Source of the DNA: an uncultured Gemmatimonadales bacterium | Lineage (GTDB): Bacteria; Gemmatimonadota; Gemmatimonadetes; Gemmatimonadales; GWC2-71-9 | Reading direction: 5' to 3' | Length of the DNA: 64,000 nucleotides | Assembly: GCA_963739455.1 (NCBI GenBank) | Contig: CAVUAK010000003.1 | Location: 447,400-511,399, forward strand | Position numbers and translations under genes: made by a program | In this document: one piece after another, positions 27,168 to 37,493 of the stretch | How the letters are laid out: every line of letters starts with the position of its first letter | Numbering within the stretch: the stretch's first letter is position 1 | Notes under the pieces: model-generated | The model's input: only the letters and a program-made list of their open reading frames with translations | What the model was told of the DNA's origin: nothing | Databases searched by the model: none

Positions 27168-27746
27168 ATGCTTTCCCTTGCCCACATCGTCGCGGCCTTC
27201 GGTCCCGGCAACACCACCGAGAGTGCCCTGCGGGTGGCGTCCACCCTGGCCGGGACGACCCACGCGCGCCTCACCCCGTTCTCCCTCATCCACAACGTGG
27301 GGGCGGGGGGCGTGGCGGGAATCGAGATAACCCGCTTCGCCGAAATGACCCAGGCCGACCTCGTCGTGCTGCCGCGGATGCTCCTCGGCGGTGGGCTCCT
27401 TGCCGACGAGGTCACACGGCGCAGCCGGGTGCCCTGTCTGGTGGTATCACCAGGCCAGGAAGATCTCGGTCGATGGTTGATCGCGCTGGATGGATCGCCC
27501 CGAGGTACACTGGTGCTTTCTGTGGTCACGCCCCTGGTCGAGGCACTGGGAGCCACTGCGGTACCAGTGACGGTGAGGGGCGGAGACGTGATGACAGAGG
27601 TCTTGCGCCAGCGGGAGGGGATGAATGCGGGGGTGCTGGCGATTGGGTCGCGACCAGGTGGTCCACCTCCGCCCATTCCCGAGGGCAGCCTGGCACGTCG
27701 CTTCGTCAATGACGCGCCTTGCATGGTGTTGACCGTGCCGCTCTGA
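27168..27746 (+). CDS. Universal stress protein (two degenerate USP domains)
   Basis: ADLVVL, RRSRVPCLVV, LIALDGS, GSLARRFVNDAPCMVLTVP. Confidence 0.75.
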   Translation: MLSLAHIVAAFGPGNTTESALRVASTLAGTTHARLTPFSLIHNVGAGGVAGIEITRFAEMTQADLVVLPRMLLGGGLLADEVTRRSRVPCLVVSPGQEDLGRWLIALDGSPRGTLVLSVVTPLVEALGATAVPVTVRGGDVMTEVLRQREGMNAGVLAIGSRPGGPPPPIPEGSLARRFVNDAPCMVLTVPL

Positions 27747-27776
27747 CCCGGCGGACCGCATGGCTACACTTGTCGG

Positions 27777-28706
27777 ATGCCTGCATCCCTCCTGCTACTG
27801 TTGCCCTACCTGTTGGCCGCCGTGGCCGCGCTGATCCTGGCGGGACCTCAACTCCGCCCCGGCGTCATTGGCGTCGTGCTGGTGACGCTGGCGACCGCGG
27901 CCGAGTCCCGGGTCGGTGCCGGGACACCCTCCTTCCGCGTAATCAATGCCGCGTTGCTCTACGGAGGGCTGGTCCTCTTCGCGGTCGCCGTCGCGATGAA
28001 CCTCAAGGGATCGCGTTCCGCGATGCCTTCACCTGTCCCGGCGCACGGTCCGTCATCTCCTGCAACCAGCATCCTGCGTCGATGGGGAATGCCGGTGCTG
28101 CTTGCCCTGCTCCTCATCCCATCGCTCTGGTTTGTGCTTACCGTCGCGGGACCCGAAGCCTGGACCATCGAGGGGCTTCGCGAGGCGCCGTTCAGTCCGG
28201 CGGGAGAGATCCTCCTGGCGTCGCTGGTTCTCCCGGCTACCCTGGTGCTCGCCGGCATCTGGCCGTTTGGTGCCATTGCAGGTGGCCCACGCTACGCCCC
28301 ACTCGGGGCATTGCTGCTCATCGCCGTGGTGCTGCCGATGGCTGGCGACGGCCTGGAGCACTGGCGCTCCCTGTACTCCGGCTGGCTTGTGTTGGCTGCG
28401 TCAATTGTTGCGGTGAGGCCGAGCTGGCCGAAGCTGATGGCATGCGGAGCCCTGTTTGCCACGGCATGCGGAAGTGACTTCGCGCTCTGGGCGGGCGTAT
28501 CGCTGAGCATCATCGCCAGCCTGTTGTGGCTCCGGCCGGCCCTCGCCGGGCCATGGCTGCGACTGGCGTACCTCGCCGCCGGCGTGTGCGGCATCGTGGC
28601 ACTCGGGTATACGCTCGCGAACGAAGTGGTGTATTCGGTGCTGATGCTGGCGGCGGTCGTGCTCGCTGTGCTGCGAACTCGGACGGGCGCGCCAGCTGCC
28701 GGCTAG
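27777..28706 (+). CDS. Hypothetical polytopic membrane protein
   Basis: About 9-10 hydrophobic segments, no recognised motif. Confidence 0.6.
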   Translation: MPASLLLLLPYLLAAVAALILAGPQLRPGVIGVVLVTLATAAESRVGAGTPSFRVINAALLYGGLVLFAVAVAMNLKGSRSAMPSPVPAHGPSSPATSILRRWGMPVLLALLLIPSLWFVLTVAGPEAWTIEGLREAPFSPAGEILLASLVLPATLVLAGIWPFGAIAGGPRYAPLGALLLIAVVLPMAGDGLEHWRSLYSGWLVLAASIVAVRPSWPKLMACGALFATACGSDFALWAGVSLSIIASLLWLRPALAGPWLRLAYLAAGVCGIVALGYTLANEVVYSVLMLAAVVLAVLRTRTGAPAAG

Positions 28707-29161
28707 TAGCTGGAGAAGACCGTTGTCTTTCCCGCCGCGTCGAACGCCACCACCTTGTAGTGCTCCGGCGTGCCGCCCTCCATTCCTGGCGAACCAGTCA
28801 CCATCCCAGGCACGGCGAGTCCGACAACCTTCGGATGTTCCTTGAGCAGTCGCTCGATATCTGCTGCGGGAACGTGACCCTCAATCACGTACCCGCCGAC
28901 CATCGCGGTATGGCACGACGAGACCGCGTCAGGGACGCCCAGCTCCGCCTTCACGGCAGCCATGCCGCTCGTGTCGTGGGCCACCACGGTGAACCCCTGC
29001 TTTCGCAGGTAGTCCACCCACTTGCTGCAGCACTGGCAGGTGGGAGACTTGTAGACCACCACCTCGGTGACGGCGGCTGGTCGCGCGGCAACGGTGACGG
29101 TCACGATCGCAGCCATGCCAAGCACGATGCCGGTGAGCCGGCGCACAAGGCTGGTGGTCAC
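28703..29161 (-). CDS. DUF411 (CopG-like) periplasmic metal-binding protein
   Basis: YKSPTCQCC, SCHTA, EGHVPA, GLAVPGM..GSPGME. Confidence 0.9.
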   Translation of the reverse strand: MTTSLVRRLTGIVLGMAAIVTVTVAARPAAVTEVVVYKSPTCQCCSKWVDYLRKQGFTVVAHDTSGMAAVKAELGVPDAVSSCHTAMVGGYVIEGHVPAADIERLLKEHPKVVGLAVPGMVTGSPGMEGGTPEHYKVVAFDAAGKTTVFSSY

Positions 29162-29391
29162 GGAGCGTCCGGCGATGTGGGATCGGGCACCTCACGGAAT
29201 TCCGTGTGCTCGGCGGGCACTTCACGGAAGTCGCCGGCGACGCGCAAGCGGGCCATGCGATCACCCATGAAGTTCAGGCGTCGTTCCCTCAGCCCGGGAA
29301 AGAGCGGCACCACGTCGTACCACACGCCAATATTGAGGTCGGGGTGCTTCAACCGGTATTCGGGCTTCAGCCGGGCCTGATAACGGGCCAT
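29158..29391 (-). CDS. Small hypothetical protein
   Basis: GGAGG upstream of MARYQARL; GTGA overlap with DUF411 gene. Confidence 0.6.
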   Translation of the reverse strand: MARYQARLKPEYRLKHPDLNIGVWYDVVPLFPGLRERRLNFMGDRMARLRVAGDFREVPAEHTEFREVPDPTSPDAP

Positions 29392-29577
29392 GGCGCCTCC
29401 AATGGCTGCTTTCAAGGTGTCTCCGGGGGTAGGCGGTGGTTCGTGTGCCGGCCGGAAGTGTATGCGACGCAAGCGTTACGTCAATTCATAAATGTTGACC
29501 GCCCCCTCAGGGGTGTCCATATTTGGCCGCGCGCCCGGCCCGACTGACGGGTCGGCGCTCCTACAGCGAGGCATACC

Positions 29578-30186
29578 ATGGCATTCACGCTCCCGCCCCT
29601 CCCATACGACTACACCGCTCTGGAGCCGCACATCGACGAACAGACGATGCGGATCCATCACGACAAGCATCACGCTGCGTATGTCAACAACCTGAACACT
29701 GCATTGGAACCCCACGCAGCCCTGCAGTCCAGGAGCCTCGATGCGCTCCTGGGCGACCTCGCTGCCGTACCCGAGGCCATCCGTGGCGCCGTCCGGAACA
29801 ATGGAGGTGGCCACTGGAACCATACGATGTTCTGGGAGATCATGTCGCCCGGAGGCGCAAAGGAGCCCCAGGGCGCGCTGGCCGCTGCCATCGACAAGGC
29901 GTTTGGCGGCTTCGCTCCATTCAAGGAACAGTTCCAGAAGGCGTGTGTCGGGCGGTTTGGCAGCGGCTGGGCATGGCTGGTGGCCGACGGCAAGGGCGGA
30001 GTGAGCATCGAGAGCACGCCCAACCAGGACAACCCGCTCATGGAAGGCAAGAAGGCGGTCCTCGGCTGCGATGTGTGGGAGCACGCGTACTACCTCAAGT
30101 ACCAGAACCGCCGCCCGGACTATGTGGGCGCGTGGTGGAACGTGGTGAACTGGACCGAGGTCGGGAAGCGCTTCGAGCAGCGGTAG
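29578..30186 (+). CDS. sodA: Superoxide dismutase (Mn-type signature)
   Basis: [31 protein letters not shown]. Confidence 0.96.
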   Translation: MAFTLPPLPYDYTALEPHIDEQTMRIHHDKHHAAYVNNLNTALEPHAALQSRSLDALLGDLAAVPEAIRGAVRNNGGGHWNHTMFWEIMSPGGAKEPQGALAAAIDKAFGGFAPFKEQFQKACVGRFGSGWAWLVADGKGGVSIESTPNQDNPLMEGKKAVLGCDVWEHAYYLKYQNRRPDYVGAWWNVVNWTEVGKRFEQR

Positions 30187-30216
30187 TCAACCCCTCAACA
30201 GGACACATGCAACGAG

Positions 30217-30675
30217 ATGGCGCTTCCCCCGGTTGGTTCGCCCGCCCCCGACTTCACCTTGCCGTCCACGTCGGGGTCTGACGTCACCCTGTCCGCACTC
30301 CGCGGCAAGAACGTCCTCCTCGCGTTCTTTCCGCTGGCATTCACCAGTACCTGCACCGCCGAGATGTGCTCCTTCACCGAAGACTACGACAAGTTCGGCG
30401 GGGCTGACGCGGTGGTCCTGCCGATCAGTGTCGATGCGGTGCCCTCGCTTGTCGAGTTCAAGCGCAAGGAAAACCTCGGCGTGGAGTTGCTCAGCGATTT
30501 CAAGCGCGAGGTCTCGCGCAAGTACGGCACGCTCCTCGAGGAGCGCTTCTTCTCCAATCGCGCCTACGTCCTCATCGATCGTGAGGGAGTGATCCGGTGG
30601 GCTTTCATGGAAGCGACGCCCGGATCGCGCCGGGAGAACGCCGAGATTCTCGAGCAACTGGCGAAACTCGGCTGA
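30217..30675 (+). CDS. Peroxiredoxin (AhpE/BCP-like)
   Basis: [34 protein letters not shown]. Confidence 0.88.
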   Translation: MALPPVGSPAPDFTLPSTSGSDVTLSALRGKNVLLAFFPLAFTSTCTAEMCSFTEDYDKFGGADAVVLPISVDAVPSLVEFKRKENLGVELLSDFKREVSRKYGTLLEERFFSNRAYVLIDREGVIRWAFMEATPGSRRENAEILEQLAKLG

Positions 30676-31073
30676 ACGGCCCCATTCCCCGTCCCGCCTC
30701 GCCCGGCTGGCCCGGGCTCGCCTCAGTCCTCCTCGTGGTCTTGCTGCTCCAGGCCTGTACGATCGAGGATCGCACACCCACAGGAAGCCGTCGCGACCAG
30801 GCGGAGATCCAGCGCCTCATCTACGCGTATCACCGCGCCGCCACCGCCGATCCCTCGGGCGACCCGAGTCCTGGCGAGATGCGGGTGGTGCGCGTTGATC
30901 TCCGGCAGGAGGGCGACCTGGCGGCGGCGTGGGTCACGGCCAGGCTACCGGGACCCGCGGACACGGAAGTGCTTGAGCATTTCGTATTGCGCAGGACTGG
31001 GAGTGACTGGCGCGTCGTGAATGTGGGCGTCGCCTCGGAGCGTCCCGCGGGTCCCAGGCGCGCGTCGCCGTGA
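30672..31073 (+). CDS. Putative lipoprotein (NTF2-like); start uncertain
   Basis: [10 protein letters not shown] lipobox-like; [19 protein letters not shown] overlap with the kinase gene. Confidence 0.55.
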   Translation: MNGPIPRPASPGWPGLASVLLVVLLLQACTIEDRTPTGSRRDQAEIQRLIYAYHRAATADPSGDPSPGEMRVVRVDLRQEGDLAAAWVTARLPGPADTEVLEHFVLRRTGSDWRVVNVGVASERPAGPRRASP

Positions 31074-32608
31074 GCGACCCGGGGGCCGGGCCTCTCTCCG
31101 GGCGCGGCCTCGCCATCGTCGGCGCTGTCGCACAGCGCCTCAATTCCGGCGCGCCACAGGAAGAGACGGTGTCCGCCGTCGCCGAAACGCTCCGGACCCA
31201 GTTGCCGGCCGATGCCGTGGCGCTATGGGTGCACGAACCCAACGCGACGACATTCGTGCGCATCGGAAGCGGTGGCGGCATGGAGGGCGGGGCTCGCGTG
31301 CCGCGGCTCGACCAGCTCCCGGCCATGGCGCCCGGCGCGGAGCGCCTCGCCCTGGTGCACGACAGCGAGACGCTCGGCGTCCTCGAGGTGCATGGTGCGG
31401 CGCCCGAGGCGGGTGTGGTGCTGCGGGTCGTGGCGCACGTGCTGTCGCCATTCCTCGCGGCCGTCGAGCTGTCGGAAGACCTCGCGTATGAGGTCGCGTC
31501 GCAGTCGCGCGAGATCGAGGAACAGCGCCGCTTCACGTCGCTTGTCATCGACAGCCTGCCGGTCGGCTTGTACGTGGTCGACCGCGACTACCGAATCCAG
31601 GTGTGGAACCGCAAGCGCGAGACGGGCACCCAGGGCATCCCCCGCACCGAGGCAGTGGGGCGCCGCCTGTTCGAGGTGCTGACCCGCCACCCCGCCGTCG
31701 AGCTCAAGGCCGAGTTCGACCGCGTGTTCGAGACCGGTGCCATCGAGCAGGTGGAACTCGAGGTTCCGCAGGGCGGCGAGATGCGCTACTTCCGCACCAC
31801 CAAGATCCCGATGCGGCTCGATGGCGAGGGCATCACCCACGTCATCACGATCGGCGAGGACGTCACCGAGTGGCGCGCGATCCAGGTGCAGATCATGCAG
31901 AGCGAGAAGCTTGCGGCCATCGGCCAGCTTGCCGCCGGCATCATGCACGAGGTGAACAACCCGCTCGCCACGATCGGGGCGTGCGTGGCGGCCATGGATG
32001 GCCGCATCGCCGAGCTTGGGCCGCAGCAGGCCATCCCGCTGCAGGAGTACCTGGAGATCATCGAGAAGGAAGTCCACCGATGCACCAGCATCGTGGACGG
32101 GTTGCTCGACTTCAGCCGGCCCAAGGGGAAGCGCAAGGCCCCGGTGCTCATCAACTCCGTGGTGGAGGACGCCCTCTTCCTCTTCAAGCACCATGAGCGC
32201 TACCGGCAGTACGTCGTGGAAACGTCGCTCACGGACGGACTCGCCCCCGTGCACGGGAACGCGGAACAGCTGATCCAGATGCTCATGGCCCTGATGCTGA
32301 ACGCGCTCGACGCGATGGAGCCGGGCGGCCGCCTGACGCTGCGCACGGCGCGCACCCGCTGGCATTCGGACGAGGTCGTGGTGGAGGTCGAGGACACCGG
32401 CGAGGGGATCCCTTCCTCCGTTCGGCCCCGCATTTTCGAGCCGTTCTTCACCACCAAGCCCACCGGGCGCGGCACCGGTCTCGGCCTCTCCATCTGCTAT
32501 GGCATCGTGGAGGAGCACCGCGGCCGCATCGAGGTGGACAGCCATTCGGGAGGGGGCAGCGTCTTCCGTGTCTTCCTGCCCACCGTGTCACCGGGTACCG
32601 ACGCATGA
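31070..32608 (+). CDS. GAF-like/PAS histidine kinase (NtrB-type)
   Basis: [50 protein letters not shown]. Confidence 0.92.
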   Translation: MSDPGAGPLSGRGLAIVGAVAQRLNSGAPQEETVSAVAETLRTQLPADAVALWVHEPNATTFVRIGSGGGMEGGARVPRLDQLPAMAPGAERLALVHDSETLGVLEVHGAAPEAGVVLRVVAHVLSPFLAAVELSEDLAYEVASQSREIEEQRRFTSLVIDSLPVGLYVVDRDYRIQVWNRKRETGTQGIPRTEAVGRRLFEVLTRHPAVELKAEFDRVFETGAIEQVELEVPQGGEMRYFRTTKIPMRLDGEGITHVITIGEDVTEWRAIQVQIMQSEKLAAIGQLAAGIMHEVNNPLATIGACVAAMDGRIAELGPQQAIPLQEYLEIIEKEVHRCTSIVDGLLDFSRPKGKRKAPVLINSVVEDALFLFKHHERYRQYVVETSLTDGLAPVHGNAEQLIQMLMALMLNALDAMEPGGRLTLRTARTRWHSDEVVVEVEDTGEGIPSSVRPRIFEPFFTTKPTGRGTGLGLSICYGIVEEHRGRIEVDSHSGGGSVFRVFLPTVSPGTDA

Positions 32609-33274
32609 AGATCCTGGCGATCGAGGACGACCGTACCGTCGGGCAGTACGTGAAGCGCGGACTCGAGGAACAGCGCTTCCACGTCGATCTCGCCGCGGAC
32701 GGACTCGAGGGCCTGCGCCTCGCCTCCGGTGGGCAGTACGACCTCATCATCCTCGACCTGCGGCTGCCGGAGATGTCCGGGCTCGAGGTGCTGCGCAACC
32801 TGCGCGACCGCGGGCTCACCGTGCCGATCCTCGTGCTGACGGCCCAGGACACGGTCGACTTCAAGGTGCAGGCGCTGCGCACCGGCGCTGACGACTACGT
32901 CACCAAGCCGTTCTCCTTCGAGGAGCTGCTGGCGCGGGTGGAGGCGCTGGGCCGCCGGCCGCAGCAGCTCAAGAGCCCGGTGCTGCGGGTGCTCGACCTG
33001 GAACTCGACACCTCGACGCACGAGGCGCGGCGCGGGGCCGAGTCCGATCGAGCTCACGCCCAAGGAGTACACGGTGCTCGAGTACCTGATGCGGCACACC
33101 GGCCGTGTCATGTCGCGCACGCTCATCACCGAGTACGCCTGGGACTATCACTTCGATCCCGGCACCAACATCGTCGACGTCGTGATCAACCGCTTGCGCA
33201 AGAAGATCGACTCGGGGCACGCGCGAAAGCTCATCCACACCGTGCGCGGCGTGGGGTACACGGTGAAGGGCTGA
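32605..33274 (+). CDS. OmpR/CusR-family response regulator (frameshift near 33045)
   Basis: ILAIEDD, ILDLRLP, GADDYVTKPF; second frame TNIVDVVI, IHTVRGVGY. Confidence 0.9.
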
Positions 33275-33275
33275 C

Positions 33276-34736
33276 ATGAGCAGCATCCGCTCGCGGCTCG
33301 CCGTGGGCTACGCGGTGACGCTGATGCTCACGCTGGGCGGGTTCTGTGCCGCGGTGTACTACGAGTTGCGCAAGCCGAGCATGTCAGGACTGGACGCGCA
33401 GCTCGCCAGCGAGCGGGAACTCGCGGTGCAGTACCTCAGTGAATCGCATCGGGTGCTCGGTGCCCTCGTGTCGCCGGGTGGATCTCACGCGCTGGCGCCG
33501 GGCGTCGCCGCCGGTTTTCAGGCGTTCCGCGACTACCTCCTGGTGGTCGATACCGTCGGGCGGCATTCTGTACACCTCCGATTCGCTCGCCGCGCTCTCC
33601 TTTGCCGACCTGCAGACCATGAGCGCGCAGCTCACGCCACCGCCGCTGGCCACCCGGACCGTCTCCCTGAGGCTGCAATCGGGCCGGGAGCTGCGCGCGA
33701 TCGTGGCACCGCTGGAGACCGCCGGCGAGCCGATCAGCGCCCTCCTCGTGGCGGCGCCGACCGATCGAGGCGTTCCCGACGCCTCGGTGTTCCTCCGCTC
33801 CATGCTGCTCGTGGCACCACTGGTGGTGCTTGCGTCGGTATCGCCGGCTACTGGCTTTCCGCCAGCGCGCTGCGGCCGGTGCAGGGCATCATCGACGAAG
33901 TGGAGGCGATCACCGACGGACGGAGCCTCCACCGGCGACTCGAGGTGCCACTCGCCGCCGACGAGGTGTCGCGACTGGCCCAGACGCTCAATGGCATGCT
34001 TACACGGCTGGAGCAGAGCTTCTCGAGCCTGCACCGCTTCACCGCGGATGCGAGCCACGAGCTCAAGACGCCGCTGATGGTGCTTCGGGCCGGGGTCGAG
34101 CGCTCGCTCACCAATCCCCGCACACCCAATGAGGTCATGGAGTCACTCGACGAGACGCTCGGCGAGATCAACCGCATGACCGAACTGGTCGAGAGCCTGC
34201 TGACGCTGGCGCGCGCCGACGAGGGGCGCGCGCCGCTTCCGGTCGAGCGGATCGACCTGCGCGACCTGGTGGCGGAAGCCTCGGAGACGGCGGGGATGCT
34301 GGCGGAGTCGGGCCGTCTCAAGGTGACGACGACGATGCCCGAGTCGCCGGTGTGGGTCATGGTCGACCGGCGGCGCATCCTTGAAATGCTGCTCAACCTG
34401 GTGACCAACGCCATCAAGTACACGCCCCCCGAAGGCAGGGTCGAGCTCTCCCTCTCCGCGCGCAGCGACGGCGCCGCCATCATCGTGCGTGATACGGGTA
34501 TCGGTATCGCGTCCAACGACTTGCCGCACATCTTCGAACGGTTCTGGCGGGCCGACCTCGCACGAACTCGCACCGGTGAGCGCCCCGGCAGCGGCCTGGG
34601 CCTGGCGATCACGAAGTGGATCGCGGAGGCCCACGGAGGCTCAATCAGCGCGTCGAGCCGGCCGGGTCGGGGTACAACGCTCACGGTGGTAATTCCGCTT
34701 GCGGAGCCGGAGGTCGAGCCAAGCAAGGTGTCATGA
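33276..34736 (+). CDS. HAMP-containing sensor histidine kinase (CusS-like; compensating frameshifts near 33555 and 33835)
   Basis: N-terminal TM, DEVSRLAQTLN HAMP, FTADASHELKTPL, NAIKYT, GSGLGL. Confidence 0.9.
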   Translation: MSSIRSRLAVGYAVTLMLTLGGFCAAVYYELRKPSMSGLDAQLASERELAVQYLSESHRVLGALVSPGGSHALAPGVAAGFQAFRDYLLVVDTVGRHSVHLRFARRALLCRPADHERAAHATAAGHPDRLPEAAIGPGAARDRGTAGDRRRADQRPPRGGADRSRRSRRLGVPPLHAARGTTGGACVGIAGYWLSASALRPVQGIIDEVEAITDGRSLHRRLEVPLAADEVSRLAQTLNGMLTRLEQSFSSLHRFTADASHELKTPLMVLRAGVERSLTNPRTPNEVMESLDETLGEINRMTELVESLLTLARADEGRAPLPVERIDLRDLVAEASETAGMLAESGRLKVTTTMPESPVWVMVDRRRILEMLLNLVTNAIKYTPPEGRVELSLSARSDGAAIIVRDTGIGIASNDLPHIFERFWRADLARTRTGERPGSGLGLAITKWIAEAHGGSISASSRPGRGTTLTVVIPLAEPEVEPSKVS

Positions 34737-34878
34737 CAGCGACATTTAGGATTTTGTTGTCGCTCTGGTCCTGTAATTCGGTCGTCACCGATTTGTAATC
34801 TCACTCCAAGCCCCAAGCCATTTCGCCGCCGTATCCTCTTCAGCACTCGTTGACCAACCCTGTTCGAGGAGGGCGGTA

Positions 34879-35580
34879 GTGTTCGAGAACCTGATCGAGT
34901 CGTCCAACAAGGGCTCGAAGTCGTTCGGTCAGTCGATCGCGTCTCTGATCATCCATGGTGTGGTGATCTTCGCGGCTGTTGCAGCCACGAAGGGCGCCGC
35001 CGAGGAGATCAAGCAGCGCGTCATCGACACGACCCTCGTCTTCCTGAAGCCGCCAGAGCCGCCGCCGCCGCCGCCCCCGCCTCCGCCGCAGGACGTGGTG
35101 GTGTCTGCCAATCCCCCACCAAAGGGATTCCAGACCATTGTGCCTCCGGACATCATCCCGAAGGACATTCCGCCGATCGACTTGAACACCAAGCCCTTCG
35201 ATCCGAAGGATTTTTCCGGCAAGGGTGTCGAGGGCGGCATCTCCGCGGGCATCGAGGGTGGAACCGGGCCCGTGCTTGGCCAGGTGTTCCTCACCTCCCA
35301 GCTCGATGATCCGGCACAGCGCATCTCTGGTCCACCGCCGCGCTACCCGCCCGTCATGGCGAGTGCCGGCATCGCCGGGTCAGTCGACCTGCAGTTCATC
35401 ATCGACACGACCGGGCATGTCGAGCCGGGGTCGCTCAAGGTGATTGCAAAGACGCACGATGCGTTCGTGGAACCGGCCAAGGAGGCCATCCAGAAGAGCA
35501 TCTTCAAGCCGGCGCGTTACAAGGGTGAGCCGGTGCGGCAGCAGGTGCAGCAGCGTGTGTCGTTCACGAGCCCGAACTGA
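34879..35580 (+). CDS. tonB: Energy transducer TonB
   Basis: SLIIH TM motif, poly-Pro linker, PRYP..GSVDLQFIIDTTG..FKPA C-domain. Confidence 0.88.
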   Translation: MFENLIESSNKGSKSFGQSIASLIIHGVVIFAAVAATKGAAEEIKQRVIDTTLVFLKPPEPPPPPPPPPPQDVVVSANPPPKGFQTIVPPDIIPKDIPPIDLNTKPFDPKDFSGKGVEGGISAGIEGGTGPVLGQVFLTSQLDDPAQRISGPPPRYPPVMASAGIAGSVDLQFIIDTTGHVEPGSLKVIAKTHDAFVEPAKEAIQKSIFKPARYKGEPVRQQVQQRVSFTSPN

Positions 35581-35654
35581 TTGCCTGATTCTCGCGCTGC
35601 CGGCGCCGGGCGCCGCGGCTGGGTCTTTCAACCGTTGAACTGAGGAGCTTCACC

Positions 35655-36404
35655 ATGGGTGTAGATCTGCTGCATCTCTTCTCCACGATGGGCGGGTTCG
35701 CGAAGGGCATCGTCGTCATCATGGCGCTGATGTCGGTCTTCTCGCTCACGATCATGATTACGAAGTTTATCCAGATCAAGAAGAGCGAAGCGGCCACGCG
35801 CAAGTTTGCGCCGACGTTCTCCCGTGCCATTCAGGAAGAGAACCTCGACCAGGCCATCGCCCTCTCCGAAAAGAACCGGGCCGGCCACCTGTCCCGTGTG
35901 GTAGGCGGGGCCCTGGGTGAGGTGAAGCCGCTCATTCGTGATCGTGCGACGATCACCGCGGCCGACATCAACTCCGCCGAGCGCGCGGTCGAGCGCCAGA
36001 TGCTGATCACGCTCTCCGAGTTCAAGCGCGGCCTTCCCGTGCTCGCCACCGTCGGCGCCACGGCGCCGTTCGTCGGCCTTCTCGGCACCACCATGGGTAT
36101 CGTGAATGCCTTCACCGGCATGGCGCAGCAGGGTGCGTCCGGCGGCCTGGCCGGCATCTCGGCCGGTATCGCCGAGGCCCTGATCACCACCGCCTTCGGC
36201 CTCATGGTCGCGATCCCGGCGGTGTGGGCGTACAACTACTTCCAGACCAAGATCGAGAACCTCACGGTCGAGATGACGTACGGCTCGAAGGAACTCATCG
36301 ACTACCTCATCAAGAGCGTCGGCAGCGAGTTCGGCCGTTCGATCTTCACCAAGGAGTTCCAGGCCCAGAAGGCGGTCACCGGCGCGGGACAGATCAGCGG
36401 CTGA
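35655..36404 (+). CDS. exbB: MotA/TolQ/ExbB proton channel
   Basis: LATVGATAPFVGLLGT, GIAEALITTAFGL.VAIPA. Confidence 0.92.
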   Translation: MGVDLLHLFSTMGGFAKGIVVIMALMSVFSLTIMITKFIQIKKSEAATRKFAPTFSRAIQEENLDQAIALSEKNRAGHLSRVVGGALGEVKPLIRDRATITAADINSAERAVERQMLITLSEFKRGLPVLATVGATAPFVGLLGTTMGIVNAFTGMAQQGASGGLAGISAGIAEALITTAFGLMVAIPAVWAYNYFQTKIENLTVEMTYGSKELIDYLIKSVGSEFGRSIFTKEFQAQKAVTGAGQISG

Positions 36405-36445
36405 TGCGCTGATCGTCCTTCACACGCACGGAAAGGCAGACCACC

Positions 36446-36919
36446 ATGGGCATGTCGGTAGGAATGGCAGGGCAGTCACAGGTCAAGTCGGAACCGAACG
36501 TGGTGCCGATGATCGACGTGATGCTCGTGCTGCTGATCATCTTCATGATCGTGACGCCCCTCATCTCCGCCGGCTTCAAGGCGACGATGCCGAAGGGCGC
36601 CAATCTCGACGCCGATCCTGAAGGCGAGAACGAGGTGATCCTGGGCATCGATGAGTCGGGCAACTACTACATCGACGGGCGCGGCGTGGCCAAGGGCGCG
36701 CTCGAGGACCAGTTGAAGGCGAAGTACTCGGGCCGGGAAAAGGACAAGATCCTGTACCTCAAGGCCGACAACCAGTTGGCCTACGGGTCGGTGCAGGAGG
36801 CCATCGAGATTGCGCGGACGGCCGGCGTGCGGGTCATTGCCGCCGTGACCGATCGTGACGGTGGAATGTTTGCCGCCGAAAAGGCCAAAGAGGCCGCAGC
36901 CGCCAAGGAGGGCAAGTAG
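36446..36919 (+). CDS. exbD: ExbD/TolR protein
   Basis: NVVPMIDVMLVLLIIFMI, LYLKAD. Confidence 0.92.
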   Translation: MGMSVGMAGQSQVKSEPNVVPMIDVMLVLLIIFMIVTPLISAGFKATMPKGANLDADPEGENEVILGIDESGNYYIDGRGVAKGALEDQLKAKYSGREKDKILYLKADNQLAYGSVQEAIEIARTAGVRVIAAVTDRDGGMFAAEKAKEAAAAKEGK

Positions 36920-36920
36920 C

Positions 36921-37337
36921 ATGGGCATGTCGGTAGGGGGCGGTTCCTCGACACTGACGTCGGAACCGAACGTCGTGCCAATGATCGACATCCTGCTGGT
37001 GCTGCTGATCATCTTCATGATCACGCAGCCCCTGTCGCGCACCACGATCAGTGTCCAGGTGGCGCCGCCGGTCGAGGACGCGGTCAAGTCGGAGGTCAAC
37101 ACCCAGATTGTGCTCGAGCTGGGTGACGACGGGTCGTACGCGATCAACCAGCAGCCCGTCCCCAAGGACCAGCTCGACACGCAGTTGCACGCCATCTTCG
37201 ACGCGCGCCCCGCCAAGCTGCTGTTCCTCAAGCCGGGACAGAAGCGGATCTTTCAGGACGTGATTGCGGCGATGGACGTGGCCAAGGGTGCCGGGATCCA
37301 GATCATCGGGTTTACGCCCAAAGAGGCGTACCGCTAG
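36921..37337 (+). CDS. exbD: Second ExbD/TolR protein
   Basis: NVVPMIDILLVLLIIFMI. Confidence 0.9.
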   Translation: MGMSVGGGSSTLTSEPNVVPMIDILLVLLIIFMITQPLSRTTISVQVAPPVEDAVKSEVNTQIVLELGDDGSYAINQQPVPKDQLDTQLHAIFDARPAKLLFLKPGQKRIFQDVIAAMDVAKGAGIQIIGFTPKEAYR

Positions 37338-37445
37338 GACGTGAGGACGTGAGGACGTGAGGTGAGGGAAGGGCAGAAATGGCCACCGTTTCTGCCCTTC
37401 TCTCGTTCCCGCCCCTTCACGTCTTCACGTCCTCACGTCTTCACG
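37338..37445 (+). repeat. Inverted octamer repeat (GACGTGAG)x3 around a terminator-like hairpin
   Basis: GACGTGAG x3, inner GAAGGGCAGAAA/TTTCTGCCCTTC stem, (C/T)TCACGTC x3. Confidence 0.85.
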
Positions 37446-37493
37446 CCCTTTGTGTGCCCTCCCCCCTTACGTTTCGTCATCCCTCTCACCGCC

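Noticed and set aside
35050..35090. CCG trinucleotide runs and Gly-rich repeats (also 37680-38000)
   Set aside because: They encode ordinary TonB Pro/Gly linkers.
37338..37445. CRISPR array
   Set aside because: Units are 8 nt with no spacers and no cas genes are present.
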